Part shown: positions 1 to 13,068 of the stretch, piece after piece
Numbering within the stretch: position 1 is the stretch's first letter
Layout of the letters: every line of letters begins with the position of its first letter
NCBI GenBank assembly: GCA_963704885.1
Contig: CAVPIB010000004.1
Location: 640,001-704,000 of the forward strand
Reading direction: 5' to 3'
DNA length: 64,000 nt
DNA from: an uncultured Actinomycetes bacterium
GTDB lineage: Bacteria; Actinomycetota; UBA4738; HRBIN12
Notes under the pieces: model-generated
Told to the model about the DNA's origin: nothing
The model's database searches: none
The model's input: the letters and a program-made list of their open reading frames with translations, nothing else
Translations under genes and position numbers: made by a program

Positions 1-3000
1 AACGAGGCCGTTGCGTGGGTCGCGCATCAGCTCTCGGAGGTCATCGCGATCTACCCGATCACTCCGTCCTCGCCCATGGGTGAGCTGGCGGACGCGTGGT
101 CGGCGATCGGTCATCCGAACCTGTGGGGCGCCGTGCCGAACGTGGTCGAGATGCAGAGCGAAGGCGGCGCGGCCGGGGCGCTGCACGGTGCCATCCAGGC
201 GGGGGCGCTCGCCACCACGTTCACAGCGTCGCAGGGCCTGCTGCTAATGCTGCCCGACATGTACAAGATCGCAGGCGAGCTCACGCCGTTCGTGATGCAC
301 GTGGCAGCTCGAACCATCGCCACGCACGCGCTGTCGATCTTCGGCGATCACAGTGACGTCATGGCCGCACGGACGACCGGGTTCGCGATGCTCGCGTCAT
401 CCTCCGTGCAGGAGGCGCAGGACCTGGCGTTGGTCGCGCACGCCACGACCCTTGAGGCGCGCATCCCGTTCCTGCACTTCTTCGACGGGTTCCGGACCTC
501 GCACCAGGTCGACAAGATCGAAACGCTCAACGACGGCGACCTGCGAGCCATGGTCGACGACCGGTTGGTTCGAGCTCACAGGGCCCGGGCGCTCACTCCA
601 GACCGCCCGGTCCTTCGCGGCACGGCGCAGAACCCTGATGTCTTCTTCCAGGCGCGGGAGGCGGCCAACCCCTTCTACCTGGCCCTGCCCGACCTCGTGC
701 AGCAGACGATGGACCGGCTGGCCGAGCGGACGGGCCGGCCGTACCGGCTCTTCGACTACGTGGGGCATCCGGAGGCCGAACGCATCCTGGTGCTTATGGG
801 CTCGGCGTGCGGCGCGGCCGAGGAAGCCGTCCAGACGCTCATGGAGCGAGGGGAACGCGTCGGCCTTGTGAAGGTCAGGCTCTTCCGGCCGTTCTCAGCA
901 GAGGCGCTCGTGGCCGCCATGCCGACCACGGTTCGAGACGTGGGCGTTCTTGACCGCACCAAGGAGCCGGGGGCGCCGGGTGAACCGCTCTATCAGGACG
1001 TCGTCGTCGCCCTGGCCGAGGAGTTGAGCGAAGGACGGGCGCGGTTCGACGGTGGCATGCCACGCGTGATCGGCGGCCGCTACGGGTTGTCCTCGAAGGA
1101 GTTCACGCCGGCGATGGCGGCCGCCGTCTTCGCTGAGCTCTCCACCAGCGAGCCCAAGAACCATTTCACCGTCGGGATCGTGGACGACGTGTCGGGCACG
1201 AGCCTGCCGGTTGATGGGTCGTTCCGGACCGAGCCCGACGATGTCGTGCGCGCGGTGTTCTTCGGCTTGGGTAGCGACGGCACCGTGAGTGCCAACAAGA
1301 ACTCGATCAAGATCATCGGCGAGCACACGGACCTGCACGTGCAGGCGTACTTCGTATACGACTCTAAGAAGGCCGGGTCCGTCACCGTGTCTCACCTACG
1401 GTTCGGTCCGAGCCCGATCCGGTCCACCTACCTGATCGAGCAGGCCAGCTTCGTGGCGTGCCACGACTTCGAACGGCTGGAGCGCACGGACGTGCTCAGC
1501 GTCGCCGCGCCCGGCGCCACGTTCCTGCTCAACAGTCCGTTCGGGCCCAGCGAGGTCTGGGATCGACTGCCGGTCGAGACCCAGCAACAGATCCTGGATA
1601 AGGGGCTGCGGCTGTTCGTGGTCGACGGCTACCGAGTAGCGAAGGAGGCCGGCCTGGGGACGCGGGTCAACACCGTTCTCCAGACCTGTTTCTTCGCGCT
1701 CGCCGGCGTCCTCCCTGTGGAGGAAGCCATCTCGGCGATCAAGGACGCCATCGTCTCGAGCTACGGCAAGCGCGGCGAGTCCGTGCTGTCCAGGAACTTC
1801 GCCGCGGTGGACGGCGCGCTGGCGGCGCTCCACGAGGTCGACGTGCCCTCGGCGACGAGCGGCGAGCTCCACGTGCTTCCGCCCGTGCCAGATGAAGCTC
1901 CTGACTTCGTCCGTCGGGTGACCGCGAAGATGATCGCGGGCCAGGGAGACCTGCTGCCGGTCTCAGCGTTCCCCGTCGACGGGACATTCCCAACCGATAC
2001 CGCACGATGGGAGAAGCGGAGCATCGCCCAAGAGATCCCTATCTGGGATCCGTCCATCTGCATCGACTGCGCCAAATGCGCGCTCGTGTGCCCGCACGCC
2101 GCGATCCGCATGAAGGTCTTCGAACCGTCGGAGCTCGAGGGCGCGCCAGAGGGCTTCAAGGACAAGGAGTGGAAGTCGCGCGAACAGCCGGGGATGCGTA
2201 TGACGATCCAGGTGGCGCCCGACGACTGCACCGGCTGCGGCATCTGCGTCGACGTGTGTCCGGCGCGCAGCAAGGAGCAGGTGAAGCACAAGTCGATCGA
2301 TATGGAGCCGAAGCTCGGGCACCTGGATGATGAGCGGCGGTGGTTCGACTTCTTCCTGTCTATCCCCGACCCTGAGCGGACCGACGTGCGCGCGGACACG
2401 GTCAAGGGCTCACAACAGTTGCGGCCGCTCTTCGAGTTCTCGGGCGCCTGCTCCGGGTGCGGCGAGACGCCGTACCTGAAGGTGCTCACCCAGCTGTTCG
2501 GCGACCGGATGCTCGTGGCCAACGCCACCGGATGCTCGTCGATCTACGGTGGGAACCTTCCGACCACGCCGTGGGCGGTGGATGCCGACGGACGCGGGCC
2601 GGCCTGGTCGAACTCGCTCTTCGAAGACAACGCCGAGTTCGGGCTGGGGATGCGCCTGGCGCTCGACGCTCAGGCCGATCTAGCGCGGACCCTGCTCGAG
2701 GAGATGGAAGATCAGCTCGGCCACAACCTGGTCGTCGGCCTCCACGACGGGATCCACGCCCGCGGCGACGATCAGATAGGGCGGCAGCGCCTCCGCGTGG
2801 AGCAGTTGCGCGAACGGCTCTCGCGCCTGGAGGGAGCCGCTGCCCGCAACCTGGAGGCCGTGGCCGACGCGCTGGTGCCCAAGTCCGTGTGGATCGTGGG
2901 CGGCGACGGCTGGGCGTACGACATCGGCTTCGGCGGCCTGGACCACGTGCTCGCGATGGGTCGCGACGTGAACATCCTGGTCCTGGACACGGAGGTCTAC

Positions 3001-3574
3001 TCGAACACCGGCGGCCAGGCGTCGAAGGCCACCCCGAGGGGCGCCGTGGCCAAGTTCGCCGCGGCGGGCAAGTCCAGTGGCAAGAAGGACCTGGGCATGA
3101 TCGCCACCGCGTACGGCAACGTGTACGTGGCGCAGATCGCCATGGGCGCCGACATGCCGCAGACGGTGAAGGTCCTAGCCGAGGCCGAGGCGCACCGTGG
3201 CCCGTCGCTCGTGATCGCCTATAGCCACTGCATCGCGCACGGGATCGACATGTCGACGGCGATGAGCCACCAGAAGGAGGCTGTCGACAGCGGCTACTGG
3301 CCTCTGTACCGCTTCGACCCGCGTCATGCGCAGGCCGGAGAACACCCGTTCCACCTGGACAGCAAGGCGCCTTCGATCCCCCTGAAGACGTTCACCTCGA
3401 AGGAGGCCCGCTTCGCGATGCTCACGCGCACCGATCCCGATCGCGCGGAGCGTCTGCTCCGCCAGGCACAGGAGGACGTTCGACGCGCGTCGTCGCCTGT
3501 ACGAGCAGCTCGCGAACGTCGAGCGCCGAGCCGAGGACGCGGAGATCACCGACGACGAGGGAGGGACCCACCAG
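1..3574 (+). CDS. nifJ: Pyruvate:ferredoxin/flavodoxin oxidoreductase (single-subunit type); 5' end lies outside the window; apparent +1 frameshift near 3480
   Basis: Frame 1 from base 1 reads NEAVAWVAHQLSEVIAIYPITPSSPMGE. Contains EMQSEGGAAG, two CxxCxxCxxxCP ferredoxin motifs, FEFSGACSGCGET and the TPP motif GGDGWAYDIG. The conserved ...LYEQLA C-terminus appears in another frame after 3481. Confidence 0.95.
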
Positions 3575-4611
<1,037 letters not shown>

Positions 4612-4634
4612 CCCACGCGGTATCGTTCGCGCCC

Positions 4635-5986
4635 GTGAGCATCGAAGACACTCCGCATGCGCGTCGCGGGCGACATGCCGCGGACGATCGAAGAGCTCGA
4701 GCGACTGGTGCGGATCCCTTCGATGGGATACCCGGGCTACGACCCTGCGAACGTGCGCGCGTCGGCCGAGGCGACGCGCGAGATCCTCGTGGGCGCCGGC
4801 TTCGCCGGCGCCCACCTGCTGGAGTTGGACGGCGGCCATCCGGCCGTCTTCGGCGAGATCCCAGGACCCGAGGGCGCGCCCACGGTCCTCCTGTACGCCC
4901 ACCACGACGTGCAACCCGAGGGTCCGACCGAGCGATGGGACTCGGCGCCGTTCGAACCGGAGCTTCGCGACGGCCGCCTGTACGGGCGGGGAGCCGCGGA
5001 CGACAAGTCCGGGATCGTGATGCACGCCGCGGCCGTCCGGTCCCTTGCCGGCGACGTGCCGATCACCGTGAAGGTGCTGGTGGAGGGCGAGGAGGAGTGC
5101 TCGACCGCCCACCTCCCCGAGTTGGTCCGCGGGCACGCCGACCTGATCCGCGCGGATGTGGCGGTCATCGCGGACGCCGGCAACTACCGCACGGGCGTAC
5201 CTACGATCACGTCGAGCGTCCGCGGCGTCACCGACTGCGTGGTCTCCGTCCGCGTGCTGCACCAGGCCCAGCACAGCGGTTCGTTCGGCGGTCCGATCCC
5301 CGACGCGCTCGTCGCGCTGGCCCGCATCATCTCGCGCCTGCACGACGACGACGGGAACGTGATGATCCCCGGCTTACGTCGCTCCCCGTGGGAGGGAGCC
5401 CCTTATCCTGAAGGGGAGTTCATCGACGAGGCCGGAGCCATCGCGGGACTGCGCCTGATCGGGAGCGGGCCGATCGCGGACCGGGTCTGGACCGGGCCGG
5501 CGGTCGACGTGTTGGGCATCGACGCGCCCGCGATCCACGGTTCGTCGAACCAGATCGTTCCCATGGCTCGGGCCCGGGTGAGCCTGCGGCTGGCACCGGA
5601 AGACGATCCGGTGGCCGCCACCCGCGAGCTCGCGGACTTCCTCCGGGACTCCGCCCCGTGGGGGGTGGAGGTCGACGTCGCCCCTGGGGCGTTCGAGGCG
5701 GGGGCCGGGTACGTGGTCGACACCTCCGCTCCGGCCATGCTCGCTGCGCACCGACGCGCTGAAGGCGGCGTTCGGCCGGGAGGTCATGGAGATCGGCTCG
5801 GGGGGCTCCATCCCGCTGGTGCCGATGCTGGCCGAGACGTTCCCAGGCATCGCCGTGCTGATGTGGGGAGCCGCGGACGAACGCTCCAACACCCACTCCG
5901 TGAACGAGAGCGTCGACCTGGGCGAGGTCGAACGGATGACCGTGGCCGAGGCGCTATTCATCCAGGGTCTCGCGGACGCCTCGTAG
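4635..5986 (+). CDS. M20/M25/M40 family dipeptidase; apparent indels near 4650 and 5750
   Basis: LLYAHHDVQP, YGRGAADDKSG, VEGEEE and HSGSFGG; the C-terminal GSGGSIP...HSVNES is in ORF 5786..5986. GTG at 4635 follows a -10-like TATCGT. Confidence 0.85.
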
Positions 5987-5992
5987 GCTCCG

Positions 5993-6746
5993 ATGGCGCC
6001 GATCGACGACCTGCTGGCGCGTATGGAAGGTCTGCTCCGGCCGATGCTCGCCGCCGGCGATGAGCGTCAACACTTCCTGGCCACCTACATGCGGACCACG
6101 CTCGAGGTCAAGCACGAGATCGATCGAGGGGCCTTCGTCGACGATGAGTGGACCGAGCGCTGGGACATCGGGTTCGCTGATCTGTACCTGGACGCGCTCG
6201 ACGAATGGAACGACAAGGGCACGGCCCCCGGGCCGTGGAGCATCGCGTTCAAGGCGGCGAACGTCTCGCCGCGCGTCCCGCCGCTCCGTCACCTGTTGCT
6301 CGGCATGAACGCCCACATCAACTTCGACCTGCCCCAGGCGCTGATCCAGGTGATCACCGACCAGGAGTTCGACGACCCCGCTCTCGTGGAACGCCGAGCC
6401 AGGGACCACGAGCGGATCGATGGGATCTTGGCGAGCCGCGTAGCCGCCGAGGATCTAGAGCTGAAGAAGGTGGAGCAACCGGGAGATCGCACGGTGCTCG
6501 ACCACCTGTTGACCCCGCTCAACCGCGTCGGGGTCGAAACGATTCCTGAAAGAGGCTCGAGGGAAGGTGTGGCGGAACGCGCGGGCGCTCAGCCTCGCCC
6601 GTCGGCACAGCCTCGATGAGCTCAGCTCCCGCCTCCGTGAGTTGGAGGAGTTGTCGGCAGAGCGGGTGGCTGACCTCCGCCGCCCCGGACACGTGATCCT
6701 GCGCCTGTCGAGCCATGGGTTCGGCGTTCTTCTAGAGGACGCGTGA
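5993..6746 (+). CDS. DUF5995-like protein; frameshift near 6535
   Basis: FLATYMRTT, FADLYLDAL and HLLLGMNAHINFDLPQAL; the other frame continues KRFLKEARGKVWRNA...GFGVLLEDA* to 6746. Confidence 0.7.
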
Positions 6747-6783
6747 CCCGTCGGAGGGCATCTCCGGTGCTACGTTGGGGTGC

Positions 6784-7284
6784 ATGAGCACCGAACCCGA
6801 AGCACCGGTCGAGGTGGTCCAAGCGGTGCCGGTCGAGGCCGGCGACGAACCCAAGATCCCGCTCGGCGCCCAGGAGACCATCGCGGAGCCCGCCAAGCTC
6901 CTGCGGATCGCCAGCATGGTCCGTGAGCTGCTGGAAGAGACCCGGCACGCCCCGCTCGACGAAGAGGGTCGCAAGCGTCTGGCCGACGTCTACCAGCGGT
7001 CGGTCGAGGAGCTCGGCGGATCGATCTCCGAGGACCTCAAAGAGGAGCTGGCGACGCTGGCACCTCCCGTCGACACGGTCCCCACCGAGTCCGAGATCCG
7101 GATCGCTCAGGCGCAGCTGGTGGGATGGCTCGAGGGCCTGTTCCACGGGATCCAGGCCGCGATGTTCGCCCAGCAGGCGGCCGCTCGTGCTCAGTTCGAA
7201 GAGCTCCGGCGACGCGGCCTGCCCAGCGGCCAGCCGGTAGATGCGCCGCAGGACGGACCGCCCCGCAGCGGTCAGTACCTCTAG
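6784..7284 (+). CDS. bpa: Bacterial proteasome activator (Bpa/PafE)
   Basis: PAKLLRIASMVRELLEE and EIRIAQAQLVGWLEGLFHGIQ; C-terminal GQYL proteasome-docking motif. Confidence 0.92.
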   Translation: MSTEPEAPVEVVQAVPVEAGDEPKIPLGAQETIAEPAKLLRIASMVRELLEETRHAPLDEEGRKRLADVYQRSVEELGGSISEDLKEELATLAPPVDTVPTESEIRIAQAQLVGWLEGLFHGIQAAMFAQQAAARAQFEELRRRGLPSGQPVDAPQDGPPRSGQYL

Positions 7285-8129
7285 GGTTCAGCACCCTCCA
7301 GCGGCTCGACCCTCGTCGAGGTCCCGCCGGCGCTGGTCGCTCCGACGGCCTCTGCGCCACCCGCCAGCCGCTGCGCGATGTACACGGGGATCACCATGGT
7401 CAGCACCACGACGACGGCCACGACGTTCACCACCGGACGGTTCCGAGGCAGCCGTAGGTTGTTGAAGATGAACTTGGGGATCGTGAGCTTGCTTCCCGCC
7501 AGGAAGTTCGTGACGACGATCTCGTCGAAGGAGAGCGCGAAAGCCAACAGCGCCCCGGCGATGACGGCGTTGCGGATCGAGGGGAAGGTGACGTAGCGGA
7601 ACGTCTGCCACCCATCGGCACCCAGATCCATGGAGGCCTCCACCAGCGAGGTAGGGGTGCGCCGAAGGCGCGCCACCACGTTGTTGAACACGACCACGAC
7701 GCAGAACGTGGCGTGTCCGATGACGATGGTGAGAAAGCCGAACGGGATCCCCACGGTGTTCACCGATGAGTTCAAGGCGATCGCCGTCACGATCCCCGGC
7801 AGCGAGATCGGAAGCACCAGCAGGAACGAGACCGAGTTCCGCCCGAAGAACCGGAACCGATGGACGGCGAAAGCTGCCGCGCTCCCCAGGACGAGCGCCA
7901 TCAGGGTCACGATCGTCGCGATCTCCAGGGAGTTCGTCAGCGCCTCGCGCACGTCCGCGTTCCGCCATGCGATCCCGAACCATTTCGTCGTGTAGCTCTC
8001 GATAGGCCACGCTTGTCCGATGCTGTCGTTGAACGCGTAGATCACGACGACCCCGAGCGGGATGTACAGGAACGCCAGCGTGAACCACGTCCCGGCCTTG
8101 ATCATGATGCGCGCGAACCGGGACTCCAT
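7281..8129 (-). CDS. potC: Polyamine-type ABC transporter permease (PotC-like)
   Basis: Hydrophobic helices, EAA loop SLVEASMDLGA and FALSFDEIVVT; start at MESRFAR. Confidence 0.85.
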   Translation of the reverse strand: MESRFARIMIKAGTWFTLAFLYIPLGVVVIYAFNDSIGQAWPIESYTTKWFGIAWRNADVREALTNSLEIATIVTLMALVLGSAAAFAVHRFRFFGRNSVSFLLVLPISLPGIVTAIALNSSVNTVGIPFGFLTIVIGHATFCVVVVFNNVVARLRRTPTSLVEASMDLGADGWQTFRYVTFPSIRNAVIAGALLAFALSFDEIVVTNFLAGSKLTIPKFIFNNLRLPRNRPVVNVVAVVVVLTMVIPVYIAQRLAGGAEAVGATSAGGTSTRVEPLEGAEP

Positions 8130-9031
8130 CACAACGCCTCGAACGCCCCGGCCCGTTTCGCGAGCGCCAGGTACAGGGCCATCACGACGAGCGGCACCAT
8201 CGCGTATGCGGCCGCCAGCGGGATGTTGCCGGCCACCCCCACGTTGTCGTAGATCACGTTCCCGATGAACTGCGTGTTGCCTACGAGCTCGGGCGCGATG
8301 TAGTCGCCGAGGGTGAGCGAGAAGGCGAAGACCGAGCCCGCTACGACCCCCGGCAGGATCAGCGGGAACATCACCCTGCGGAACGTGGTCCAGCCTCGTG
8401 CGCCAAGGTCGCCGGAGGCTTCCAGGAGCGAGTCCGGGACCCGCTCGATCGCCCCGTAGATCGGGAGGAGCGTGAACGGGAGCCATAGGTAGACGAACGT
8501 GAGCCACACAGACCAATTCGACCGCCCCAGCTGGAGCGATCCGGCGCCGGTGAGTTCGACGAACCAGTTCAGGAGCCCGTTGGGCGTCAGGATGATCTTC
8601 CAGGCGAACACCCGGACCAGGTAGTTCGCCCAAAGCGGCAGGACGACCGCGATCATCAACACCCGCCGCGCTCGCGGGGTGGCCATCCGGGACGCGTAGT
8701 ACGCGAACGGGAAGGCTAGGACGATGTCGGTCAGCGTGACGGCGGCGGCGATACCGACGGTCCGCAGCGTGATCGTGCGATAGACGTCGGTCTCCCAGAG
8801 CGTCTTGAAGTTGGCGAGGGTCCAGTCGTGGACGATCTCGGATGTGAAGACATCCAGCCGCCAGAACGCCGACGCCAACAACAGAGCGAGCGACCCGAGG
8901 TAGACCACCACCATCCAGGTGAGTGGCGCCCCCAGCGAGAGACCGAGCTTGACCCCCCGATGGCGGAAGAGGTAGGCGCTGGCCCGCCGGGTCCGAGAGC
9001 CGACGGGCGGCGAAGCGATATCGGAAGCCAC
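8129..9031 (-). CDS. potB: Polyamine-type ABC transporter permease (PotB-like)
   Basis: LPLWANYLVRVFAW, SLLEASGDLGA and FSLTLGDYIAP; GTG at 9031 is preceded by a GGGAGG RBS. Confidence 0.85.
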   Translation of the reverse strand: MASDIASPPVGSRTRRASAYLFRHRGVKLGLSLGAPLTWMVVVYLGSLALLLASAFWRLDVFTSEIVHDWTLANFKTLWETDVYRTITLRTVGIAAAVTLTDIVLAFPFAYYASRMATPRARRVLMIAVVLPLWANYLVRVFAWKIILTPNGLLNWFVELTGAGSLQLGRSNWSVWLTFVYLWLPFTLLPIYGAIERVPDSLLEASGDLGARGWTTFRRVMFPLILPGVVAGSVFAFSLTLGDYIAPELVGNTQFIGNVIYDNVGVAGNIPLAAAYAMVPLVVMALYLALAKRAGAFEAL

Positions 9032-9052
9032 ACGCCTCCCGTCCTGACGAAC

Positions 9053-9083
9053 GAACGGGGGCCGCCTCCGGCGGCCCCCGTTC
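9053..9083 (-). terminator. Perfect 14-bp stem-loop between the binding-protein gene and the permease genes (mRNA stabiliser or partial terminator)
   Basis: GAACGGGGGCCGCC-TCC-GGCGGCCCCCGTTC. Confidence 0.7.
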
Positions 9084-9095
9084 ACTCAGCTGTCG

Positions 9096-10328
9096 TTACC
9101 CGCCCCGGACCTCGGTCCAGGCCTGGGTCCACTCCGAGTAGTCGATGCAGACGTCTCCCCGGTCGTCGCCGCAGGCGACCTGCGGCGTCTTCCACAGGAA
9201 CAGCGAGTCCAGGAATGACGCGTCCCCGCAGTGGGCCTGCTTGAGAGTGTCCACGGCGGCATCTGCACCCTCGCCGTAGTACTCGACCATGAGCGTGCGC
9301 AGCTCGTCGCAGGACTTCACGTTGCTTCCGGCTGCGCCGTAGTACTCCGCCACCACCGCCTGCACGTCGGGGCGCAGCGTGTAGTCCATCCACTTCAGCA
9401 TGCAGTTCGGGTGCGGCGCGTTGGCCGAGATCATCCACGTGTCGGCCCAGCCGGTCATACCCTCTACGGGTTCGACGGCGTCGACCGGCGCCTCGGGCTC
9501 CGTGTAGGTGAAGTTGACCGGCCACGCGGTGCCGGCGTTCATCGAGCCGTTCACGAACCCGTCGATCTCATCCGTGTACAACGCCCAGTAGCTGCCCACC
9601 AGCGCCGCCTGCTGCTTCAGGAGCGCCACGGCTGCGTCGAACTGCGTCTGGTCGAGCTCATACGGGTCCGTGATCCCGAGGTCCGGATCCGCCGTCATCA
9701 GGTACATAGCCGCATCAGCGATGAAGATGGGCGAGTCGTAGGCAGTGATCGAGCCCGCGTAAGGCGAATCGGCCTCGAACGTGATGTCCCAACTCGTCGG
9801 GGCTGGGCTAACCACCTCGGTGTTGTACATGAGGAAGTTGGGCCCGTACATGTATGGGGTTCCGTACACGTTGCCATCGACGACGTAGTGCGCATTGTTC
9901 GTCCCGCCATCGGGGTTCAGCGGCGCGATGACGTTGGCCATCTCCGGGAACAGCGCCGGGTCCACCGCGCCCACGTCCTGGCCCGCGATCAGCCGGTTCG
10001 AAGCGTCGCCGGACGCCGACAGGCCGTCGTACACCGATCCCTCGCCCTGACGCATCAAGGTAACCATCTCGTCTGAGCTGTCGGCGTATGTCACGTTGAC
10101 GTCGCAACCGCTTTCTTCCTCGAAGGGCGTCACCCAGTCGATGCTCTCGAAACCCTCGGTCGTGCCGTCCTCCGTGTAACCGTGCCAGGCGATGAGCTCG
10201 AGCGCCCCCTCACCCTCGCCGATCGCGTCATACGTCGTCGACGGCTCGACGGCATCGTCGCTCCCACACGCAGCCGCGACGAGCGCGAGCACCCCCGCGA
10301 CCGCCAACCACTTCAGCTTCTTCCTCAT
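9096..10328 (-). CDS. Polyamine-type ABC transporter substrate-binding lipoprotein (PotD/YdcS-like)
   Basis: Lipobox LVAAAC; [22 protein letters not shown] and [10 protein letters not shown]. Confidence 0.85.
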   Translation of the reverse strand: MRKKLKWLAVAGVLALVAAACGSDDAVEPSTTYDAIGEGEGALELIAWHGYTEDGTTEGFESIDWVTPFEEESGCDVNVTYADSSDEMVTLMRQGEGSVYDGLSASGDASNRLIAGQDVGAVDPALFPEMANVIAPLNPDGGTNNAHYVVDGNVYGTPYMYGPNFLMYNTEVVSPAPTSWDITFEADSPYAGSITAYDSPIFIADAAMYLMTADPDLGITDPYELDQTQFDAAVALLKQQAALVGSYWALYTDEIDGFVNGSMNAGTAWPVNFTYTEPEAPVDAVEPVEGMTGWADTWMISANAPHPNCMLKWMDYTLRPDVQAVVAEYYGAAGSNVKSCDELRTLMVEYYGEGADAAVDTLKQAHCGDASFLDSLFLWKTPQVACGDDRGDVCIDYSEWTQAWTEVRGG

Positions 10329-11447
10329 CGAGCCCCCTCCTCGTGGTCCATGGACCCCTCGAGTACGCCTCCGGCCTCGTCGACCGGTCGGTTGTTCTTC
10401 CGATCCCACACCAGACGTACGGTCTTGCCTCGCACCTGCAGCGCCTCCATCGACGACGTCGACAGATTCTGCTGCATCACCACCAGCTCGCCCCCCACGT
10501 CGAGCTTCACGATATACCGCGTTATGGCACCCAGGTATACGACCTCACGGACGTGCCCGGATGCCGAACAGTCGTTGGGTCCAACCGGCGCGTCATGCTC
10601 CCGCATGGCGATCTTCTCCGGCCGGACCGTGAACGCATGCTCGCTCCCTGAGATCTCGGCCGCGGCCGTGCCCTCCAAGACGTTGGACACGCCCACGAAA
10701 CCAGCTACGAACCCCGTCGCTGGTCGTTCGTATACCTCTGCGGGGGTGCCCACCTGTTCCACGCGGCCTCGGTTGAACACCGCCAGGCGGTCGCTCATGG
10801 TTAGCGCCTCCTCCTGGTCGTGGGTCACATAGATGAAGGTGAGCCCAACGGACTGCTGGATCTCCTTCAGCTCGATCTGCATCGCCTGGCGGAGCTTCAG
10901 GTCGAGCGCCCCCAGTGGCTCGTCCAAGAGCAACACCTTCGGGCGGTTCACCAGCGCGCGAGCGAGCGCCACCCGTTGACGCTGTCCGCCGGAGAGCTGC
11001 GCGGGTTTGCGGACTCCGAACGCGCCTAGCTGCACCATGGCAAGCGCTTCGTTCACGCGATCGACTCGCTCGTCCTTCGCGACCTTCTTCACGCGCAAGC
11101 CGTAGTCCACGTTCTCGGCGACGGTCATGTGGGGGAACAACGCGTAGTCCTGGAAGACCGTGTTGACGTTCCTCTCATACGGAGCCAGGCGGGAGACATC
11201 CTGACCGTCCAGCAGGATCCTGGCCCTCTGTAGGCACTTCGAACCCGGCGATCATGCGCAGACAGGTGGTCTTCCCGGAACCCGACGGGCCCAGCATGGA
11301 GAAGAACTCCCCTTCCAAGACGTCCAGGTCGACGCCGTCCACCGCGGCCACGTCGCCGAAACGCTTCACGACCTTCTCCAAGCGAACGGCGACACCCGCG
11401 CGCGGGGCGGACGACGTGTCGGCCGTGGTTATGGCAGGTTCGGTCAA
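10325..11447 (-). CDS. potA: Polyamine ABC transporter ATP-binding protein; frameshift near 11220
   Basis: Walker [10 protein letters not shown] in ORF 11175..11669; LSGGQRQR and [11 protein letters not shown] in ORF 10325..11140. Confidence 0.88.
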
Positions 11448-11497
11448 GCCAGATCCCCCGTTGGAAGCCCCGATGGATGGCACATCTTGAACGGGAA

Positions 11498-12505
11498 TCA
11501 CCGCGACGGCAATACGCCTTGGCTGGCGCGCAGCGCCTCGGATAGCTCGCGCGTGAGCGAGCCGGCGACCGTCGGTCCCAGGTAGATGAGCGCGGTGTAG
11601 ATCTGCACGGTCGTGGCCCCGGCCTCCAGGCACGCCAGGGCGTCGGCTCCCGACGACACGCCGCCACACGCGTTGATGGGGAGCGCTCCACCGGTGACGG
11701 CGCGCACCTCAGACACGATCGTAGGTGTCCGTTCGAAGAGCGCGCCCCCAGACAACCCCCCCTTCCTCGTCGAGAGCCGGGCGTCCTGCACGGATCGCGT
11801 GTTCGAACAGGTCAGCCCGGATGCCCCCGACTCCTGAGCCACGGCTGCCAGCGCGAGCACCACGTCGCGCTCCACCGGGGTCGAGAACGGCGGCAGCTTC
11901 ACGAAGGTGGGTTTGGGGGTCCGTCCACTGATCGCGGCTACCAGTTCGCGAAGGTGTGCCTCGTTGTCACGGTCGCGACCCCAAGACACGTTGGGACAGC
12001 TCGCGTTCAACTCGATCCCGTCTGCGTAAGGCTCCAGTTGCTCGAGCGCCTGGAGAGCATCGTCGAGCGCCTCGTCGGCTAGGCTGATGAGCCGTGGGAC
12101 GACCGCGCGCGAACGACGACGGATATTCGCGGCCGCGCGCTCGGCGCCGGGATTGGGAAGACCCATCGCATTCGACATGGATCCGCGAGATGGGTACCGT
12201 ACGATCCGGGGCTTGGGGTTGCCCCGCCGAGGCAGATAGGTGACGGTTCCCCCGACCACGTAGCCGAACCCCAAGTCTCCCAAGGCATCCAGATGCGAGC
12301 AGGTCTTGTCGAACCCCGCTGCTAGGCCTATCGGGTTGCGTAGCGGGATCCCGGCGAGGGTCGTCGCCAGACTCGGGTCGTCGGTGGCGTGCCCTATCCG
12401 CGCCCACGGCAGCGGGAGGGTTAACGCGGCACGAGCGACGCGATGGGCCGCTTCCGGCGGGAGGGCGAAGAACAGCGGGCGGCCGACGGCCGAGTACCAA
12501 CCCAT
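11498..12505 (-). CDS. pyrD: Dihydroorotate dehydrogenase (class 2-like N-terminus)
   Basis: [44 protein letters not shown] and [13 protein letters not shown]; divergent from pyrE. Confidence 0.9.
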   Translation of the reverse strand: MGWYSAVGRPLFFALPPEAAHRVARAALTLPLPWARIGHATDDPSLATTLAGIPLRNPIGLAAGFDKTCSHLDALGDLGFGYVVGGTVTYLPRRGNPKPRIVRYPSRGSMSNAMGLPNPGAERAAANIRRRSRAVVPRLISLADEALDDALQALEQLEPYADGIELNASCPNVSWGRDRDNEAHLRELVAAISGRTPKPTFVKLPPFSTPVERDVVLALAAVAQESGASGLTCSNTRSVQDARLSTRKGGLSGGALFERTPTIVSEVRAVTGGALPINACGGVSSGADALACLEAGATTVQIYTALIYLGPTVAGSLTRELSEALRASQGVLPSR

Positions 12506-12528
12506 CGAACACCTATGCTACCGGGCCC

Positions 12529-13047
12529 ATGTCCGATCACACGAACGTCGATCTTGCGCGGCGCTTGGTCGAGGCGTCGGAACTCCGCGGGGACTTCGTC
12601 CTTTCGAGCGGCAAGCGCTCGAGCGTCTACTTCGACAAGTTCCGATTCCTCACGCAACCCTCGCTCCTGCGCGAACTGGCGAAAGAGGTGGCGGGCCTGA
12701 TCCCGTCCGGCACGGATCACCTGGCCGCGCCCGAGGGGGCGGCGACGCTCCTGGCGGCCGCGGTGTCGCTCGAGACCGGACTCCCGATCGCCGTCGTCCG
12801 GAAAGAGGCGAAGGCATACGGCACGCTTTCTCAGATCGAAGGGGACGCGCCGCCGGGAGCGAAGGCCATCTTGATCGAAGACGTCAGCACGACCGGTCAC
12901 CAGGTCTTGCGCGCGGCCAAGGCTCTGGAGCAGGCTGGTGTCGACGTTACCCGGATCGTCTTGGCGATCGATCGCGGAGGCGCTGACCAGCTCCGCCAGG
13001 CCGGCTACGACGTGGCCGCCGTAGCGATGCTCCGTCCGATCGACTGA
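12529..13047 (+). CDS. pyrE: Orotate phosphoribosyltransferase
   Basis: GDFVLSSGKRSSVYFDK, RKEAKAYGT and the PRPP motif ILIEDVSTTG. Confidence 0.9.
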   Translation: MSDHTNVDLARRLVEASELRGDFVLSSGKRSSVYFDKFRFLTQPSLLRELAKEVAGLIPSGTDHLAAPEGAATLLAAAVSLETGLPIAVVRKEAKAYGTLSQIEGDAPPGAKAILIEDVSTTGHQVLRAAKALEQAGVDVTRIVLAIDRGGADQLRQAGYDVAAVAMLRPID

Positions 13048-13068
13048 GCACAGATCCGATATGCGCCG

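Noticed and set aside
7281-7284. CTAG at the bpa/potC junction
   Set aside because: Explained by two overlapping TAG stops; no second half-site.
13040-13062. Possible fourth copy of the ACTAGT palindrome at the pyrE/methyltransferase junction (GACTGAGCACAGATCC)
   Set aside because: Only the AGCACAGA core matches copy 2; both ACTAG half-sites are absent.
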